A stretch of 64,000 bases of DNA from Rickettsiales bacterium (GCA_046348685.1 JAXMDT010000006.1:2395-66394); one strand, 5' to 3'; numbered from the stretch's first letter, positions 18,959 to 28,849 are shown. A program made the numbers and translations. Notes: generated by a model from the letters alone, not told the origin.

Positions 18959-19240
18959 CTAATGAATGCGGATAACGCTGCTGAGGTTATGATACTCGGC
19001 TGCTTTGACGAGTTCGCAGCTGGTAACCTTCACGGAAAATAATTTTCCTTCGATTTCCTTTTCCCAGAAATGGAGGAATTTTTTAAGCACGGGGAAATCC
19101 GGGGTGAGATCGAGGTCCTGCCACACATAGGTTTGCAGCAGTGATGGATGATCGGGGAAGCGGTAGAGAATTTCAGCGGTCGCCAGCCGGTAGTCCTCGA
19201 TCAGGATGCGTTTGAGGTCAGAAATACGTTTTCCTCCCAT
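18959..19240 (-). CDS. Usg family protein
   Basis: LATAEILYRFPDHPSLLQTYVWQDLDLTPDFPVLKKFLHFWEKEIEGKL matches the Usg-like family pattern. Confidence 0.8.
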   Translation of the reverse strand: MGGKRISDLKRILIEDYRLATAEILYRFPDHPSLLQTYVWQDLDLTPDFPVLKKFLHFWEKEIEGKLFSVKVTSCELVKAAEYHNLSSVIRIH

Positions 19241-19298
19241 AACGCGTCATTTTAAGACGCTTTCCTTTTTTTTCAATATAGCATAATCCAAAAGCAGA

Positions 19299-20234
19299 AT
19301 GTATCGTTTTTTGATTGTTTTCTGCCTGTTGGCGATATCGGCCTGCACACCCAGCGAACAGGATTTTGCAGCGCGCAATAAACCGCCGGTTTTAAAGGAT
19401 AAATGTATCCAGACCGGCGATCTTGCCGACCTGCCGCTGCGTAAATGGCTGCCGGACAAGAAAGTCCAGGCAGTGGTGCTGGCCATTCACGGCTTCAATG
19501 ATTATTCCAACGGGTTCGATGCGGCGGGAACCTATTTCGCGGAGCATGGTATTGCGATCTATGCTTACGACCAGCGTGGTTTTGGAAAAGCGCCGCACTG
19601 GACGACATGGCCCGGGGAGGCAAACCTGACTGCCGATGTTATCGACGCGGTGAAAGCGCTGCATGTGTTTTATCCCGGCACACCGCTTTATATCATGGGC
19701 GAGAGTATGGGCGCGGCGGTGACGATCCTGACGCTCGCCCGTCATGAGGTGCCGGAAGTGCAGGGCGCGGTGCTTGTTTCACCGGCGGTCTGGGGCGATG
19801 ATGCCATGCCGTTTTACTACAAAGGCGGCCTGTGGTTCGCGGCGCATACCGTGCCGCAGATGCGTGTCTCCGGTAAGGGACTCAACCGCTGGCCGTCGGA
19901 CAATATCGAAATGCTGCGCGCCTTGGGGCGCGATCCGCTCATCATCAAACATACGCGCATCGATGCGATTTATGGCCTCGTGCATCTGATGGGCAATGCG
20001 CGGCGGGAAATCAGTAAGGTGCAAACTCCGATGCTGGTTCTCTATGGTGAGAACGACCAGATCGTGCCGCCACCGGCGATGGCGAGCCTCGATGATTTGA
20101 TCAAGGCACCGCACCGGATGATCCATTACAACACCGGCTATCACATGTTGCTGCGCGATCTGAAAGGCGAGCGCGTGATGAAGGACGTGGTGAAGTGGAT
20201 TGAAGACTCGGATAAGGCATCCCATGCTGACTAA
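19299..20234 (+). CDS. alpha/beta hydrolase (lysophospholipase-like), probable lipoprotein
   Basis: A lipobox is present (LLAISAC). The oxyanion region is HGFNDYS and the nucleophile elbow is GESMGAA. Confidence 0.75.
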   Translation: MYRFLIVFCLLAISACTPSEQDFAARNKPPVLKDKCIQTGDLADLPLRKWLPDKKVQAVVLAIHGFNDYSNGFDAAGTYFAEHGIAIYAYDQRGFGKAPHWTTWPGEANLTADVIDAVKALHVFYPGTPLYIMGESMGAAVTILTLARHEVPEVQGAVLVSPAVWGDDAMPFYYKGGLWFAAHTVPQMRVSGKGLNRWPSDNIEMLRALGRDPLIIKHTRIDAIYGLVHLMGNARREISKVQTPMLVLYGENDQIVPPPAMASLDDLIKAPHRMIHYNTGYHMLLRDLKGERVMKDVVKWIEDSDKASHAD

Positions 20235-20865
20235 ACCAAAAATCGAAGACTTATTCACGCGGTTTGAAAAACACGAGCCACATCCGAAAACGGAGCTGGT
20301 AGCGCCGAATGAATTCTGCCTGCTGGTGGCGATCGTGCTCTCGGCGCAGGCGACGGATGTCTCGGTGAACAAGGCGACGAAAGCGCTTTTCAAAGTGGCA
20401 GACACGCCGCAGAAAATGGTAAAGCTCGGCGAAGCGAAACTGAAAGAGTATATCAAGACGATCGGGCTTTTTAATGCGAAGGCGAAGAATGTCATCGCGC
20501 TTTCCAAGGCGTTGATCGAAACCTATGGCGGCACGGTTCCGGAGAACCGGGATGATCTGCAAACATTGCCGGGCGTGGGGCGCAAGACGGCGAATGTCTG
20601 GCTCAATTGCGCACGCGGCGAGCCGACGATTGCGGTCGATACGCATGTGTTCCGCGTGGCGAACCGGCTGGGTCTGACCAAAAGCAAAAACCCCCTGGAG
20701 ACGGAGTTACAACTCGAGAAAAAAATCCCGCTGCATTTTAAGACGCATGCGCATCACTGGCTCATTTTACATGGACGCTATGTCTGCAAAGCACGCAAAC
20801 CCCAATGCTGGCGGTGCATGGTGGTGGATATTTGTGAATTTACAGAAAAGAATCTGAAGCCTTAG
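20224..20865 (+). CDS. nth: endonuclease III
   Basis: I moved the start to ATG 20224 (MLTKPKIEDLF). HhH-GPD is present (LPGVGRKTANVW), as is the 4Fe-4S cluster loop C..ARKPQCWRCMVVDIC. Confidence 0.9.
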   Translation: MLTKPKIEDLFTRFEKHEPHPKTELVAPNEFCLLVAIVLSAQATDVSVNKATKALFKVADTPQKMVKLGEAKLKEYIKTIGLFNAKAKNVIALSKALIETYGGTVPENRDDLQTLPGVGRKTANVWLNCARGEPTIAVDTHVFRVANRLGLTKSKNPLETELQLEKKIPLHFKTHAHHWLILHGRYVCKARKPQCWRCMVVDICEFTEKNLKP

Positions 20866-21188
20866 TTATTATCCTTTGAACGGAACCGGCGTTTCATTTG
20901 CGGGCCGAAGGTGCCGTCCGGCCAGATGGCAAAGACATCCTTTTCACGGCCAACAAGTTCGGAGCCGCTTCCATTTGCCGTTAGCAGCGTCATCTTCGCC
21001 TCGGGAAAAGCGCTAAGATAATAAGTTTGACCTGCAGGAATATCGACAATTGTAGTGTGGTTTCCGGACATGCGTACCGACACCTGATGCGGGACATTCG
21101 CTAAGTTGACAATGCTTAAGGCATGAGCTTCCTGTTGAAAGATAAAGAAAAGCGAAGCAAAAGTGAAAAGCTGTAACAAAAGCTTCAT
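20862..21188 (-). CDS. hypothetical small secreted protein
   Basis: The signal peptide is MKLLLQLFTFASLFFIFQQEAHA. The ORF is 108 aa. Confidence 0.5.
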   Translation of the reverse strand: MKLLLQLFTFASLFFIFQQEAHALSIVNLANVPHQVSVRMSGNHTTIVDIPAGQTYYLSAFPEAKMTLLTANGSGSELVGREKDVFAIWPDGTFGPQMKRRFRSKDNN

Positions 21189-21319
21189 AATCTGAGCCTA
21201 CACTAAGTGGTACGGTGCGGTAATGCCGCAAGTTTAGTATTTGTATATAAAATAACAACAAGGTTTTGTGGTTTTGATTCAGGCACGCAATTTGCTGTGT
21301 TAGGAATTGAAGTAGAATA

Positions 21320-22348
21320 ATGATAAAAATTTGGGCTTTAGGAGTGGTTGCCATAAGCATATCCCTGGGATGTGCAGCCGCTGCGCGCGCCGATGATACT
21401 AATATCAATCAGGAAGCCATGCTGCGCAATGCCCGTTACTGCACGCAATATTTTTCCCGCTACGAGCGAACGAACGGTATTCCGAAGAACCTGCTGATGG
21501 CAATTTCCTCCACGGAGTCAGGCCGTTATAACGAGCGCGTGAAAATGACGCTGCCCTGGCCGTGGACGATCAACGTGGACGGGCAGGGAAAATATTTTAA
21601 TACCATGCATGAAGCCGTGGTCGCCACCCGCAATGCGCTCAACAGCGGCGCAAACAACGTGGATGTCGGTTGCATGCAGATCAGCCTGAAACACCATCCC
21701 GACGCTTTCGTCAGCCTGACCGATGCCTTCAGCCCGGAAAAAAATGTCGCGTACGGCGCGAAGTTCCTGCGCGAAAAATACGATGAAGAACGTTCCTGGA
21801 AAAAGGCGATTGCGGCCTATCACTCCAAGACAACGAGCTACGGACAGAAATATTACGCAAGTATCATCCGCACCTGGCGCAATGTGCTCTCCGCCCTCGG
21901 CAACGGATTCGATGTTTCGCCTTCGAGCACGTACGTGATCGACGTGGCAAGCAACGAACGCACGCTCGGCGGCCTGGTGCGCTCTCGTGAAGGGTTGTTT
22001 GATGAAAAAGCGGCATCGCGCAGGCCGAAGGCAGGGGCATCCATGCCGACGATGAAAGTGATTCAGGTGACAACCCGCGCGGATCAGGCGAAGCGTCCCG
22101 AGGTGCTGGTCATTCGTCCGGCAAGCGCTGTGGTGGAACCAAACGTCAAAGTGGCATCGAACACCGTGCTGAATAATAAGCCGGGACTGAACAAGCCAGG
22201 CTTCGATTTTGTCATGGATGTCGGTGAAAGGCAGGAAGCCGATGTCTCGGAGACCATTGCCAAAGTAGAGCCTAAAGTTTCCACGCCTGCCAGCGTGCAG
22301 CGCGTCTCCTCGCCGAAGCGCGGCCCCAACTTCATATTTGCCGAATAG
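21320..22348 (+). CDS. lytic transglycosylase (SLT domain) protein
   Basis: A signal peptide is followed by LLMAISSTESGRYN (catalytic Glu), WPWTINVDG and VDVGCMQI. Confidence 0.8.
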   Translation: MIKIWALGVVAISISLGCAAAARADDTNINQEAMLRNARYCTQYFSRYERTNGIPKNLLMAISSTESGRYNERVKMTLPWPWTINVDGQGKYFNTMHEAVVATRNALNSGANNVDVGCMQISLKHHPDAFVSLTDAFSPEKNVAYGAKFLREKYDEERSWKKAIAAYHSKTTSYGQKYYASIIRTWRNVLSALGNGFDVSPSSTYVIDVASNERTLGGLVRSREGLFDEKAASRRPKAGASMPTMKVIQVTTRADQAKRPEVLVIRPASAVVEPNVKVASNTVLNNKPGLNKPGFDFVMDVGERQEADVSETIAKVEPKVSTPASVQRVSSPKRGPNFIFAE

Positions 22349-22393
22349 CAATCACGGGTTGCAGACTGCGAATTTTTATCCTATCTAAGGGAT

Positions 22394-22573
22394 ATGAAAA
22401 TATCCGTCGCCCCGACCACGCCGTTTGAGATCATCAAGGTCGATCATTCCGAAGTCGCCTGTGATGGCGGCACGCTCGGGCATCCGAAAGTGTACCTGCA
22501 TATCGAGCGCGAAACGGGCGAAGTGACCTGCCCGTATTGCAGCCGTACTTTTGTCCTGAAGAACGGGCATTAA
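22394..22573 (+). CDS. zinc-finger (zf-CHCC, NDUFS6-like) protein
   Basis: This 59-aa ORF falls below the ORF-track cut-off. The sequence is MKISVAPTTPFEIIKVDHSEVACDGGTLGHPKVYLHIERETGEVTCPYCSRTFVLKNGH. Confidence 0.75.
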   Translation: MKISVAPTTPFEIIKVDHSEVACDGGTLGHPKVYLHIERETGEVTCPYCSRTFVLKNGH

Positions 22574-22574
22574 T

Positions 22575-22781
22575 ATGAACCTTGCGATTATTCTCATCAT
22601 TGCGCTCATGGCGGCGACGTTCGTCGTGCTTCTGCTGGGTATCGTGCAGATGGCAAAAGGCGGCAAAGGCAATGCGCTGGAACAGGGCGAGCGTTCAAAT
22701 AAGCTCATGGTCTGGCGCGTGACGCTGCAGGGCGCAGCACTGCTCATCGCATTCCTCGTCATGTATGCGATGAAAAAATAG
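22575..22781 (+). CDS. twin-transmembrane-helix small protein (HIG1 domain)
   Basis: Two TM helices have an intervening loop KGGKGNALEQGERSNKLMVWRV. The ORF is 68 aa. Confidence 0.75.
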   Translation: MNLAIILIIALMAATFVVLLLGIVQMAKGGKGNALEQGERSNKLMVWRVTLQGAALLIAFLVMYAMKK

Positions 22782-22879
22782 CTTTATTTCAATGACGCAG
22801 CGCAACAGTTAAGACATCATTAACCAGTCTTTGTTGAAATAAAACCCATAGCGCAGTGCGTCAGCCCGTAAGGAAAACG

Positions 22880-23629
22880 ATGAAGATTCTTGTCCCTGTT
22901 AAACGCGTTCTCGATTACACGATTAAAGCGCGCGTCAAGCCGGATGGCTCAGGTGTCGATCTTTCGAATGTCAAGATGTCGATGAACCCCTTCGACGAAA
23001 TCGCGGTAGAAGAGGCATTGAAACTCAAAGAAAAAGGTGTGGCGGCGGAAGTCATCGTGCTTTCCATCGGCACGGATGCCGTCGTGGAAACGTTGCGCAC
23101 CGGACTTGCCATGGGCGCCGACCGCGCGATTCACATTAAGACGGACCAGCTGATCCAGCCGCTTGCCGCAGCAAAACTCATCAAGCATGTCGTGGAAAAA
23201 GAATCGCCGCAGATCGTGATCCTCGGAAAGCAGGCGATCGATGACGATGCCAATCAAACCGGCCAGATGCTGGCAGCGTTGCTTAACTGGGGGCAGGGAA
23301 CCTTTGCCTCGAAAGTGGACATCGGGGATGGCACTGCGAACGTGACGCGCGAAGTCGATGGCGGACTGATGCGTGTTTCGCTGAAACTGCCATGCGTTAT
23401 CACGACCGATCTACGCCTCAACCAGCCGCGCTATGCGTCGCTGCCCAATATCATGAAAGCGCGTTCGAAACCGGTGGAAGCGATCGATGCGGCCAGCCTC
23501 GGCATTGATCTCGCGCCGCGCCTTTCGGTGCAGAAAGTAGAAGAGCCGCCAAAGCGCAAAGGCGGCGGCAAAGTGAAATCAGTGGAAGAGTTGGTCGATA
23601 AACTGAAGAACGAGGCGAAGGTACTTTAG
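22880..23629 (+). CDS. etfB: electron transfer flavoprotein beta subunit
   Basis: I moved the start to ATG 22880 ([13 protein letters not shown]). The sequence is typical ETF-beta throughout. Confidence 0.95.
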   Translation: MKILVPVKRVLDYTIKARVKPDGSGVDLSNVKMSMNPFDEIAVEEALKLKEKGVAAEVIVLSIGTDAVVETLRTGLAMGADRAIHIKTDQLIQPLAAAKLIKHVVEKESPQIVILGKQAIDDDANQTGQMLAALLNWGQGTFASKVDIGDGTANVTREVDGGLMRVSLKLPCVITTDLRLNQPRYASLPNIMKARSKPVEAIDAASLGIDLAPRLSVQKVEEPPKRKGGGKVKSVEELVDKLKNEAKVL

Positions 23630-23630
23630 C

Positions 23631-23717
23631 GTCATCCTGAGCGTAGCGAAGGATCTAGATTCTTCGCCTTCGGCTCAGAATGACAATAACTGGATTCCAG
23701 CTTTCGCTGGAATGACG
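23631..23717. repeat. two family C hairpins between etfB and etfA
   Basis: They are gtcatcctgagcgtagcgaaggatctagattcttcgccttcggctcagaatgaca (23631-23685) and ctggattccagctttcgctggaatgacg (23690-23717, the 'WIPAFAGMT' unit). Confidence 0.8.
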
Positions 23718-23725
23718 AGGACAAG

Positions 23726-24649
23726 ATGACGATACTAGTCTTAGCAGAACAGCACAGCGGCGCGATCACGCCAGCCACGCGCGCGACGGTGACGGCGGGC
23801 GTGCAGCTGGGTGGCGGCGTGCATATATTGGTAATCGGCAACGATATTTCCGGCGTTGCGGCGACGGCGAAATTAAATGGCGTTGAAAAAATCCTGACGC
23901 TGGACGGTGCGCCGTATGAGCATGGGCTTTCGGAAAATATCGCGCCAGCGGTTGCAGGCATCGCTAAAAATTATTCGCATGTGATTGCCGCGGCGACGAC
24001 GTTCGGCAAAGATGTGCTGCCGCGTATCGCGGCACTGCTCGATGTGGCGCAGGTCTCGGATGTGATTCGCATCGTTTCTCCCGATACGTTCGTGCATCCT
24101 GTCTATGCCGGTAACGTGCTCGAAACGGTGCAGGCGAAAGACGCGATTAAAGTGCTGACGATTCGCCCCACCAGTTTTGATAAAGCAGCCGATGGCGGCA
24201 GTGCAGTAGTGGAAGCTGTTAGCGCTGGAAGTGACAGCGGGCTTTCAAGTTTCGTGAGTCTGGAGGAAAGTAAATCGGCGCGGCCTGAATTGACCTCGGC
24301 GCGCGTCGTGATTTCCGGCGGACGCGGTTTAGGTTCGGCAGAAAATTTTAAATTGCTGGAGAAGATTGCCGATAAATTGAATGCGGCGATTGGCGCTTCG
24401 CGCGCGGCAGTGGATGCGGGTTATGTTCCGAACGACTACCAAGTGGGACAGACCGGCAAAGTTGTTGCGCCCGAGCTTTATATCGCAATCGGGATTTCCG
24501 GCGCCATCCAGCACTTGGCGGGCATGAAAGACAGCAAGATCATCGTCGCCATCAACAAGGACGAAAACGCCCCGATCTTCGAAATCGCCGACTATGGGTT
24601 AGTAGGCGATTTATTCGAGATACTGCCGAAGTTAGAGCAAACTATATGA
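23726..24649 (+). CDS. etfA: electron transfer flavoprotein alpha subunit
   Basis: MTILVLAEQ...[36 protein letters not shown] contains the FAD-binding signature. Confidence 0.95.
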   Translation: MTILVLAEQHSGAITPATRATVTAGVQLGGGVHILVIGNDISGVAATAKLNGVEKILTLDGAPYEHGLSENIAPAVAGIAKNYSHVIAAATTFGKDVLPRIAALLDVAQVSDVIRIVSPDTFVHPVYAGNVLETVQAKDAIKVLTIRPTSFDKAADGGSAVVEAVSAGSDSGLSSFVSLEESKSARPELTSARVVISGGRGLGSAENFKLLEKIADKLNAAIGASRAAVDAGYVPNDYQVGQTGKVVAPELYIAIGISGAIQHLAGMKDSKIIVAINKDENAPIFEIADYGLVGDLFEILPKLEQTI

Positions 24650-24650
24650 T

Positions 24651-24678
24651 CGTGGATCCCGGCCTTCGCCGGGATGAC
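24651..24678. repeat. family C hairpin (CGTGGATCCCGGCCTTCGCCGGGATGAC)
   Basis: The unit is near-identical to the copy at 58764-58791. Confidence 0.8.
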
Positions 24679-24698
24679 CACATCAATTAAAAAATTTA

Positions 24699-25547
24699 TT
24701 ACAGCCTTACGATAATCGAACGCAGTGACTTGCCGACGCTAACGGTGGTATCCGCCGTGTTGCCGTCCAGTTCTGCGTGGATTTTGTAGGTGCCGGGTTT
24801 CAGGCGGGCAAGCAGGATCGGCCCGTCGGTTGCCTGATTGTAGAGCGTATTGCCTTCCTTATCGGTGATGCTGGCATTGACGATCGCCAGATAATCACCG
24901 TTCTTGCCGGCGAACAGCACTTTCAGCGTGTAATCTTTTTCAATCGACTGCATGCGCGCCTGATCGGAACTGCCGACACCACCACTCACAAAATCTCCAT
25001 TCGTATTGGAGTCAGGAGCCTGTCCCATCGGAGCGGAGTATCCGACGCCCGGAGGTGCGGCATTGCCACCGAACGGCTGAGGGCTGAACCCTTGTTGAGG
25101 TGCAGGTGCCGCGTTATTGTAGCTCGGTGCGGGTGGTGGAGGAGGTGGCGGCGGTGGTGAAGGCACGTTGTAGCCGCCGGTAAAACCTATAGCAGGTGCT
25201 TGATACCCTGCAGCGGGTGCAGCGCCATTATAGCTGGGCGCCGGAGCGGGTGGCTGCACGGGCGGGGAATAATTCGGATCCGGGTTAGGAGCATAAACTG
25301 GAGCTGCCTGTTGATTATAGGCAGGCTGGCCGTATCCGGAAGTCGAAGGATTGGAATAGGCCGAATTCGATGAACCGCCATAATAGCTTCCAGAGGAAGC
25401 CGTATTGGATGTCGGCTGCTGCGACGGGGCGGAGCCGATGCTGGGGACGTAATGATCCGGCGGGGTCTGATTGAGATATTGGGCAAGAGCCGGTGAAGCA
25501 GCGAGAACGCTGACGGCCACAACGGTTACAAATGGGGCAAACAACAT
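24699..25547 (-). CDS. secreted Pro/Ala/Gly-rich protein with a C-terminal carboxypeptidase-regulatory-like domain
   Basis: I moved the start to ATG 25547, preceded by AAAGGAGGA. The signal peptide is MLFAPFVTVVAVSVLAASPALA. A PPPPPPPPAP run is present. The C-terminal beta-sandwich-like segment is ASITDKEGNTLYN...RLKPGTYKIHAELDG. Confidence 0.6.
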   Translation of the reverse strand: MLFAPFVTVVAVSVLAASPALAQYLNQTPPDHYVPSIGSAPSQQPTSNTASSGSYYGGSSNSAYSNPSTSGYGQPAYNQQAAPVYAPNPDPNYSPPVQPPAPAPSYNGAAPAAGYQAPAIGFTGGYNVPSPPPPPPPPPAPSYNNAAPAPQQGFSPQPFGGNAAPPGVGYSAPMGQAPDSNTNGDFVSGGVGSSDQARMQSIEKDYTLKVLFAGKNGDYLAIVNASITDKEGNTLYNQATDGPILLARLKPGTYKIHAELDGNTADTTVSVGKSLRSIIVRL

Positions 25548-25611
25548 GATATCCTCCTTTAGAGGTTGAGTGCGAGAGTAATATAGTGCAAAAGAACGAA
25601 ATAAAAAGTCT

Positions 25612-27255
25612 ATGATGCAACTATACCTTTCACAGATAAATCCTATTGTGGGCGACCTCAAGGGAAACCATGAAAAACTTTGCTCTGCGTGGAAAAAAGC
25701 AAAGGAAATGGGCGCTGATCTCATTGTTTTTCCGGAGCTTGCCATTACAGGTTATCCACCCGAAGACCTGGTGCTAATGCCATCTTTCCAGCAGGCGGCG
25801 ATGCAGGCAGTCGAAAAGCTGGCCAACGAAACGGTGGATGGCCCTGCCATCATTACCGGCGGAATCTGGCACGACGGCACACAGCTTTATAATTCCGCGT
25901 TTCTGATTGAAGAAGGGAATATCGCCCGCATCCAGTTCAAGCATCATCTGCCGAATTATGGCGTATTTGACGAAAAACGCGTCTTTGCCTGCGGCCCGCT
26001 GCCGGAGGTTGTCGAATGGAGAGGAATCAGAATCGGCCTGCTCGTCTGCGAAGACATGTGGGGCGATGAATCGGTTGCGCACGTGGCGAAACAAAATCCG
26101 GATGTGCTGATTTCCATTAATGCTTCCCCCTATGAACGCGGTAAAATGAGCGCGCGAGAAGAGGTGGCGCGCGATGCGGTATCCACCTGCCGTGCGCCGC
26201 TGTTTTATGTGAATACGGTCGGCGGGCAGGATGAAATCGTCTTTGACGGCCGTTCATTTGTGATGGATGCATCCGGTGAGGTATGCGGCAAGTTCAAGGC
26301 ATTCGAAGAGCAGGTTTCGGGTTTCGGGTTTCAGGTTTCGGGAAAAGAAATTGAATTACTCTCCCCTGACAGCTGGAACCTGGAACCTAAAGCGTTAGAG
26401 CTGCTCTACCTCGCCATGATGACCGGCGTGCGGGATTACGTGGAAAAAAATAATTTTCCCGGCGTGGTGATCGGGCTGTCGGGGGGAATCGATTCGGCAT
26501 TGACGGCGTGTGTGGCGGTGGATGCGCTCGGGCCGGAGCGGGTGCATTGCGTAATGATGCCCTCGAAGTATACCTCCGATATCAGTGTCGTCGATGCGAC
26601 TAAACTTGCCACCGAACTTGGCGTGACCTACAACATCGTCACCATCGCGCAAGGCATGGAAGCGGTGGAGGGTATGCTGGCCGGTATACGCGATCAGCTG
26701 ACCTCGCTGGCGATGGAAAATATCCAGCCGCGGATTCGCGGATTGCTGTTGATGGCGATCAGCAATTCCACCGGTAAAATCCTGCTGACGACCGGTAATA
26801 AATCCGAAATGGCGACCGGTTATGCCACGCTTTACGGGGATATGTGCGGTGCATTCAATGTATTGAAAGACCTTTATAAAATGGAAGTCTATGCGCTCTC
26901 CGAATGGCGCAATATGTCGATGCCGCAAGGTGCGAAAGGGCCGGAAGGTGCGGTGATTCCAGAGAGGATTATATCCCGCCCGCCCAGCGCCGAACTGAAG
27001 CCGGACCAAACTGATCAGGATACACTGCCGCCCTATGCGACACTCGATGCGATCCTGAAAGGGCTGGTGGAGGAACGCTTGTCTGTAGAGGATCTGACCG
27101 CGCGCGGATTTGAAAAAACGATGATCGAACAGGTGGCTGGCATGCTGTTTCGCTCGGAATATAAACGCCGGCAAGCCCCGCCGGGGGTCAAACTCTCCTC
27201 GATGAGCTTTGGCCGCGATCGGAGATACCCGCTGACCAACGGGTTTAAACTCTAA
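25612..27255 (+). CDS. nadE: glutamine-dependent NAD+ synthetase
   Basis: An N-terminal CN-hydrolase domain (FPELAITGYPPEDL...LVCEDMW) is followed by a C-terminal synthetase domain (GLSGGIDSAL). The two are separated by a 26-codon repeat insertion. Confidence 0.95.
   Translation: MMQLYLSQINPIVGDLKGNHEKLCSAWKKAKEMGADLIVFPELAITGYPPEDLVLMPSFQQAAMQAVEKLANETVDGPAIITGGIWHDGTQLYNSAFLIEEGNIARIQFKHHLPNYGVFDEKRVFACGPLPEVVEWRGIRIGLLVCEDMWGDESVAHVAKQNPDVLISINASPYERGKMSAREEVARDAVSTCRAPLFYVNTVGGQDEIVFDGRSFVMDASGEVCGKFKAFEEQVSGFGFQVSGKEIELLSPDSWNLEPKALELLYLAMMTGVRDYVEKNNFPGVVIGLSGGIDSALTACVAVDALGPERVHCVMMPSKYTSDISVVDATKLATELGVTYNIVTIAQGMEAVEGMLAGIRDQLTSLAMENIQPRIRGLLLMAISNSTGKILLTTGNKSEMATGYATLYGDMCGAFNVLKDLYKMEVYALSEWRNMSMPQGAKGPEGAVIPERIISRPPSAELKPDQTDQDTLPPYATLDAILKGLVEERLSVEDLTARGFEKTMIEQVAGMLFRSEYKRRQAPPGVKLSSMSFGRDRRYPLTNGFKL
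26311..26388. repeat. family B hairpin element inserted in frame in nadE
   Basis: The sequence caggtttcgggtttcgggtttcaggtttcggg...agctggaacctggaacct is 78 bp (26 codons) and encodes QVSGFGFQVSGKEIELLSPDSWNLEP. Confidence 0.8.
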
Positions 27256-27258
27256 TAT

Positions 27259-27393
27259 GTCATACCGGCCTTCGCCGGTGCGATATTATCTCAGTAACGA
27301 AGTTTTGTTGTAATTCCCGCTCCTGGCCTTTATATCGTCATCCTGAGCGCTGCGAAGGATCTGGAGATTCTTCGCCTACGGCTCAGAATGACA
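27259..27393. repeat. family C hairpins in the gltX leader
   Basis: They are gtcataccggccttcgccggtgcgat (27259-27284) and gtcatcctgagcgctgcgaaggatctggagattcttcgcctacggctcagaatgaca (27337-27393). Confidence 0.75.
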
Positions 27394-27400
27394 AAAGAAT

Positions 27401-28744
27401 ATGACCCAAAAAATTAAAGTCCGTTTTGCCCCATCCCCTACGGGATATCTCCATGTCGGTAACGTGCGCACGGCGCTCGTCAATTGGCTGTTCGTGAAAA
27501 AACACGGCGGCACGTTTTTGCTGCGCATCGATGATACGGATATGGAACGCTCCAGGGTGGAGTATGAGGAAGCCATCGCCGAAGACCTCACCTGGCTCGG
27601 ACTAAACTGGGATGAGGGTGCAAAGCAATCCGACCGCATGAACCGCTATGAACTCGCCAAGCAAAAGCTGGTGGATTCGGGAAGGCTTTATCCTTGCTAC
27701 GAAACGCAGGAAGAACTGGACGTGCGCCGCAAGCTCCAGGTCTCGCGCGGCAAGCCGCCGATCTACGACCGCGCCGCGCTGGAAATGACCGACGAGCAGA
27801 AGCAAAAATACGAAGCGGAAGGCAGAAAACCGCACTGGCGCTTCAAGCTGGAAAATAAAAGCATCGTCTGGGACGACATGGTGCGCGGCAAGTGTGAGTT
27901 TCACGGTACGCATGTGAGCGATCCGGTGCTGGTGCGCGAAGACGGCGTGCCGCTTTATACGCTTTCTTCCGTCGTCGATGACGGCGAGATGAATATCACG
28001 CATATCATTCGTGGTGAAGACCATGTGAGCAATTCGGCCGTGCAGGTGCAGCTGTTTGAGGCGCTTGGATTCGCCGTGCCGCAGATGGCGCATATCGCGC
28101 TGCTCAAAATGAAAGACGGAGAACTTTCCAAACGCAAAGGCGGCGGCGACATTCGCTCCATGCGCGCCAAGGGCATTTTCCCGATGGCGATCAATTCGCT
28201 GCTCGCGGCGATCGGAACATCCGATGCGGTGGAATTGGCGCCGTCGCTGGATGTGCTGGCGGACAAGTTCGACTTCAAAAAATTCGGCCGCGCCGTTGCG
28301 CAATATGATGAAGACGAACTGCTCCGCCTCAATACGAAATTGCTGCATTCGCTTTCTTACGCAGAGGTGCATGACAAGCTCGAAGCACTGGACCTGCATC
28401 ATATTCCTGAAAATTTCTGGCTCGCCATCCGCGAGAACCTGACGACGCTGCCGGAAGCGAAAGTCTGGTGGGAACTCGTGCAATTGCCGCTGACGCCGGT
28501 GATCCAGGATGCGGATTATCTTTCCAAAGCAGCAGAACTGCTGCCGAGCGGCGAGTGGGATGCAACGACGTGGAAGAGTTTCACGGAAGCCGTGAAAAAC
28601 GCCACCGGTCGCAAGGGAAAAGATCTTTTCATGCCTCTGCGACTTGCGCTGACGGCACGCGAAGACGGCCCTGACCTCAGCAAAGTCTTCCAGCTACTCG
28701 GGCGCGAAAAAGCTGAACAACGGATGCTGGGTAAAGCGGCATAA
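27401..28744 (+). CDS. gltX: glutamate--tRNA ligase
   Basis: RFAPSPTGYLHVGNVRTAL contains the HIGH motif. ELSKRKG is the KMSKS-like motif. Confidence 0.95.
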   Translation: MTQKIKVRFAPSPTGYLHVGNVRTALVNWLFVKKHGGTFLLRIDDTDMERSRVEYEEAIAEDLTWLGLNWDEGAKQSDRMNRYELAKQKLVDSGRLYPCYETQEELDVRRKLQVSRGKPPIYDRAALEMTDEQKQKYEAEGRKPHWRFKLENKSIVWDDMVRGKCEFHGTHVSDPVLVREDGVPLYTLSSVVDDGEMNITHIIRGEDHVSNSAVQVQLFEALGFAVPQMAHIALLKMKDGELSKRKGGGDIRSMRAKGIFPMAINSLLAAIGTSDAVELAPSLDVLADKFDFKKFGRAVAQYDEDELLRLNTKLLHSLSYAEVHDKLEALDLHHIPENFWLAIRENLTTLPEAKVWWELVQLPLTPVIQDADYLSKAAELLPSGEWDATTWKSFTEAVKNATGRKGKDLFMPLRLALTAREDGPDLSKVFQLLGREKAEQRMLGKAA

Positions 28745-28747
28745 ACT

Positions 28748-28840
28748 GAATTCCAGATTGCGATGCCTTCGGCATCTTGTCTGGAATGACAATTATAAAA
28801 TGTTAGTGTATGCGTCATTCCAGCGAAAGCTGGAATCCAG
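28748..28840. repeat. family C hairpins upstream of GIY-YIG gene 1
   Basis: They are gaattccagattgcgatgccttcggcatcttgtctggaatgac (28748-28790) and cgtcattccagcgaaagctggaatccag (28813-28840). Confidence 0.8.
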
Positions 28841-28849
28841 GTCTTAATC

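Noticed and set aside
22385-22762. The 125-aa minus-strand ORF.
   Set aside because: The plus strand encodes two well-supported small proteins here, a zf-CHCC protein (22394-22573) and a HIG1-type twin-TM protein (22575-22781).
23632-23961. ORFs that contain peptides such as SFQRKLESS, WIPAFAGMT and HSEPKAKNL (23632-23961, 28516-28851, 29117-29527).
   Set aside because: These peptides are translations of family C hairpin repeats. The ORFs otherwise run antisense to etfA, gltX and cysS.
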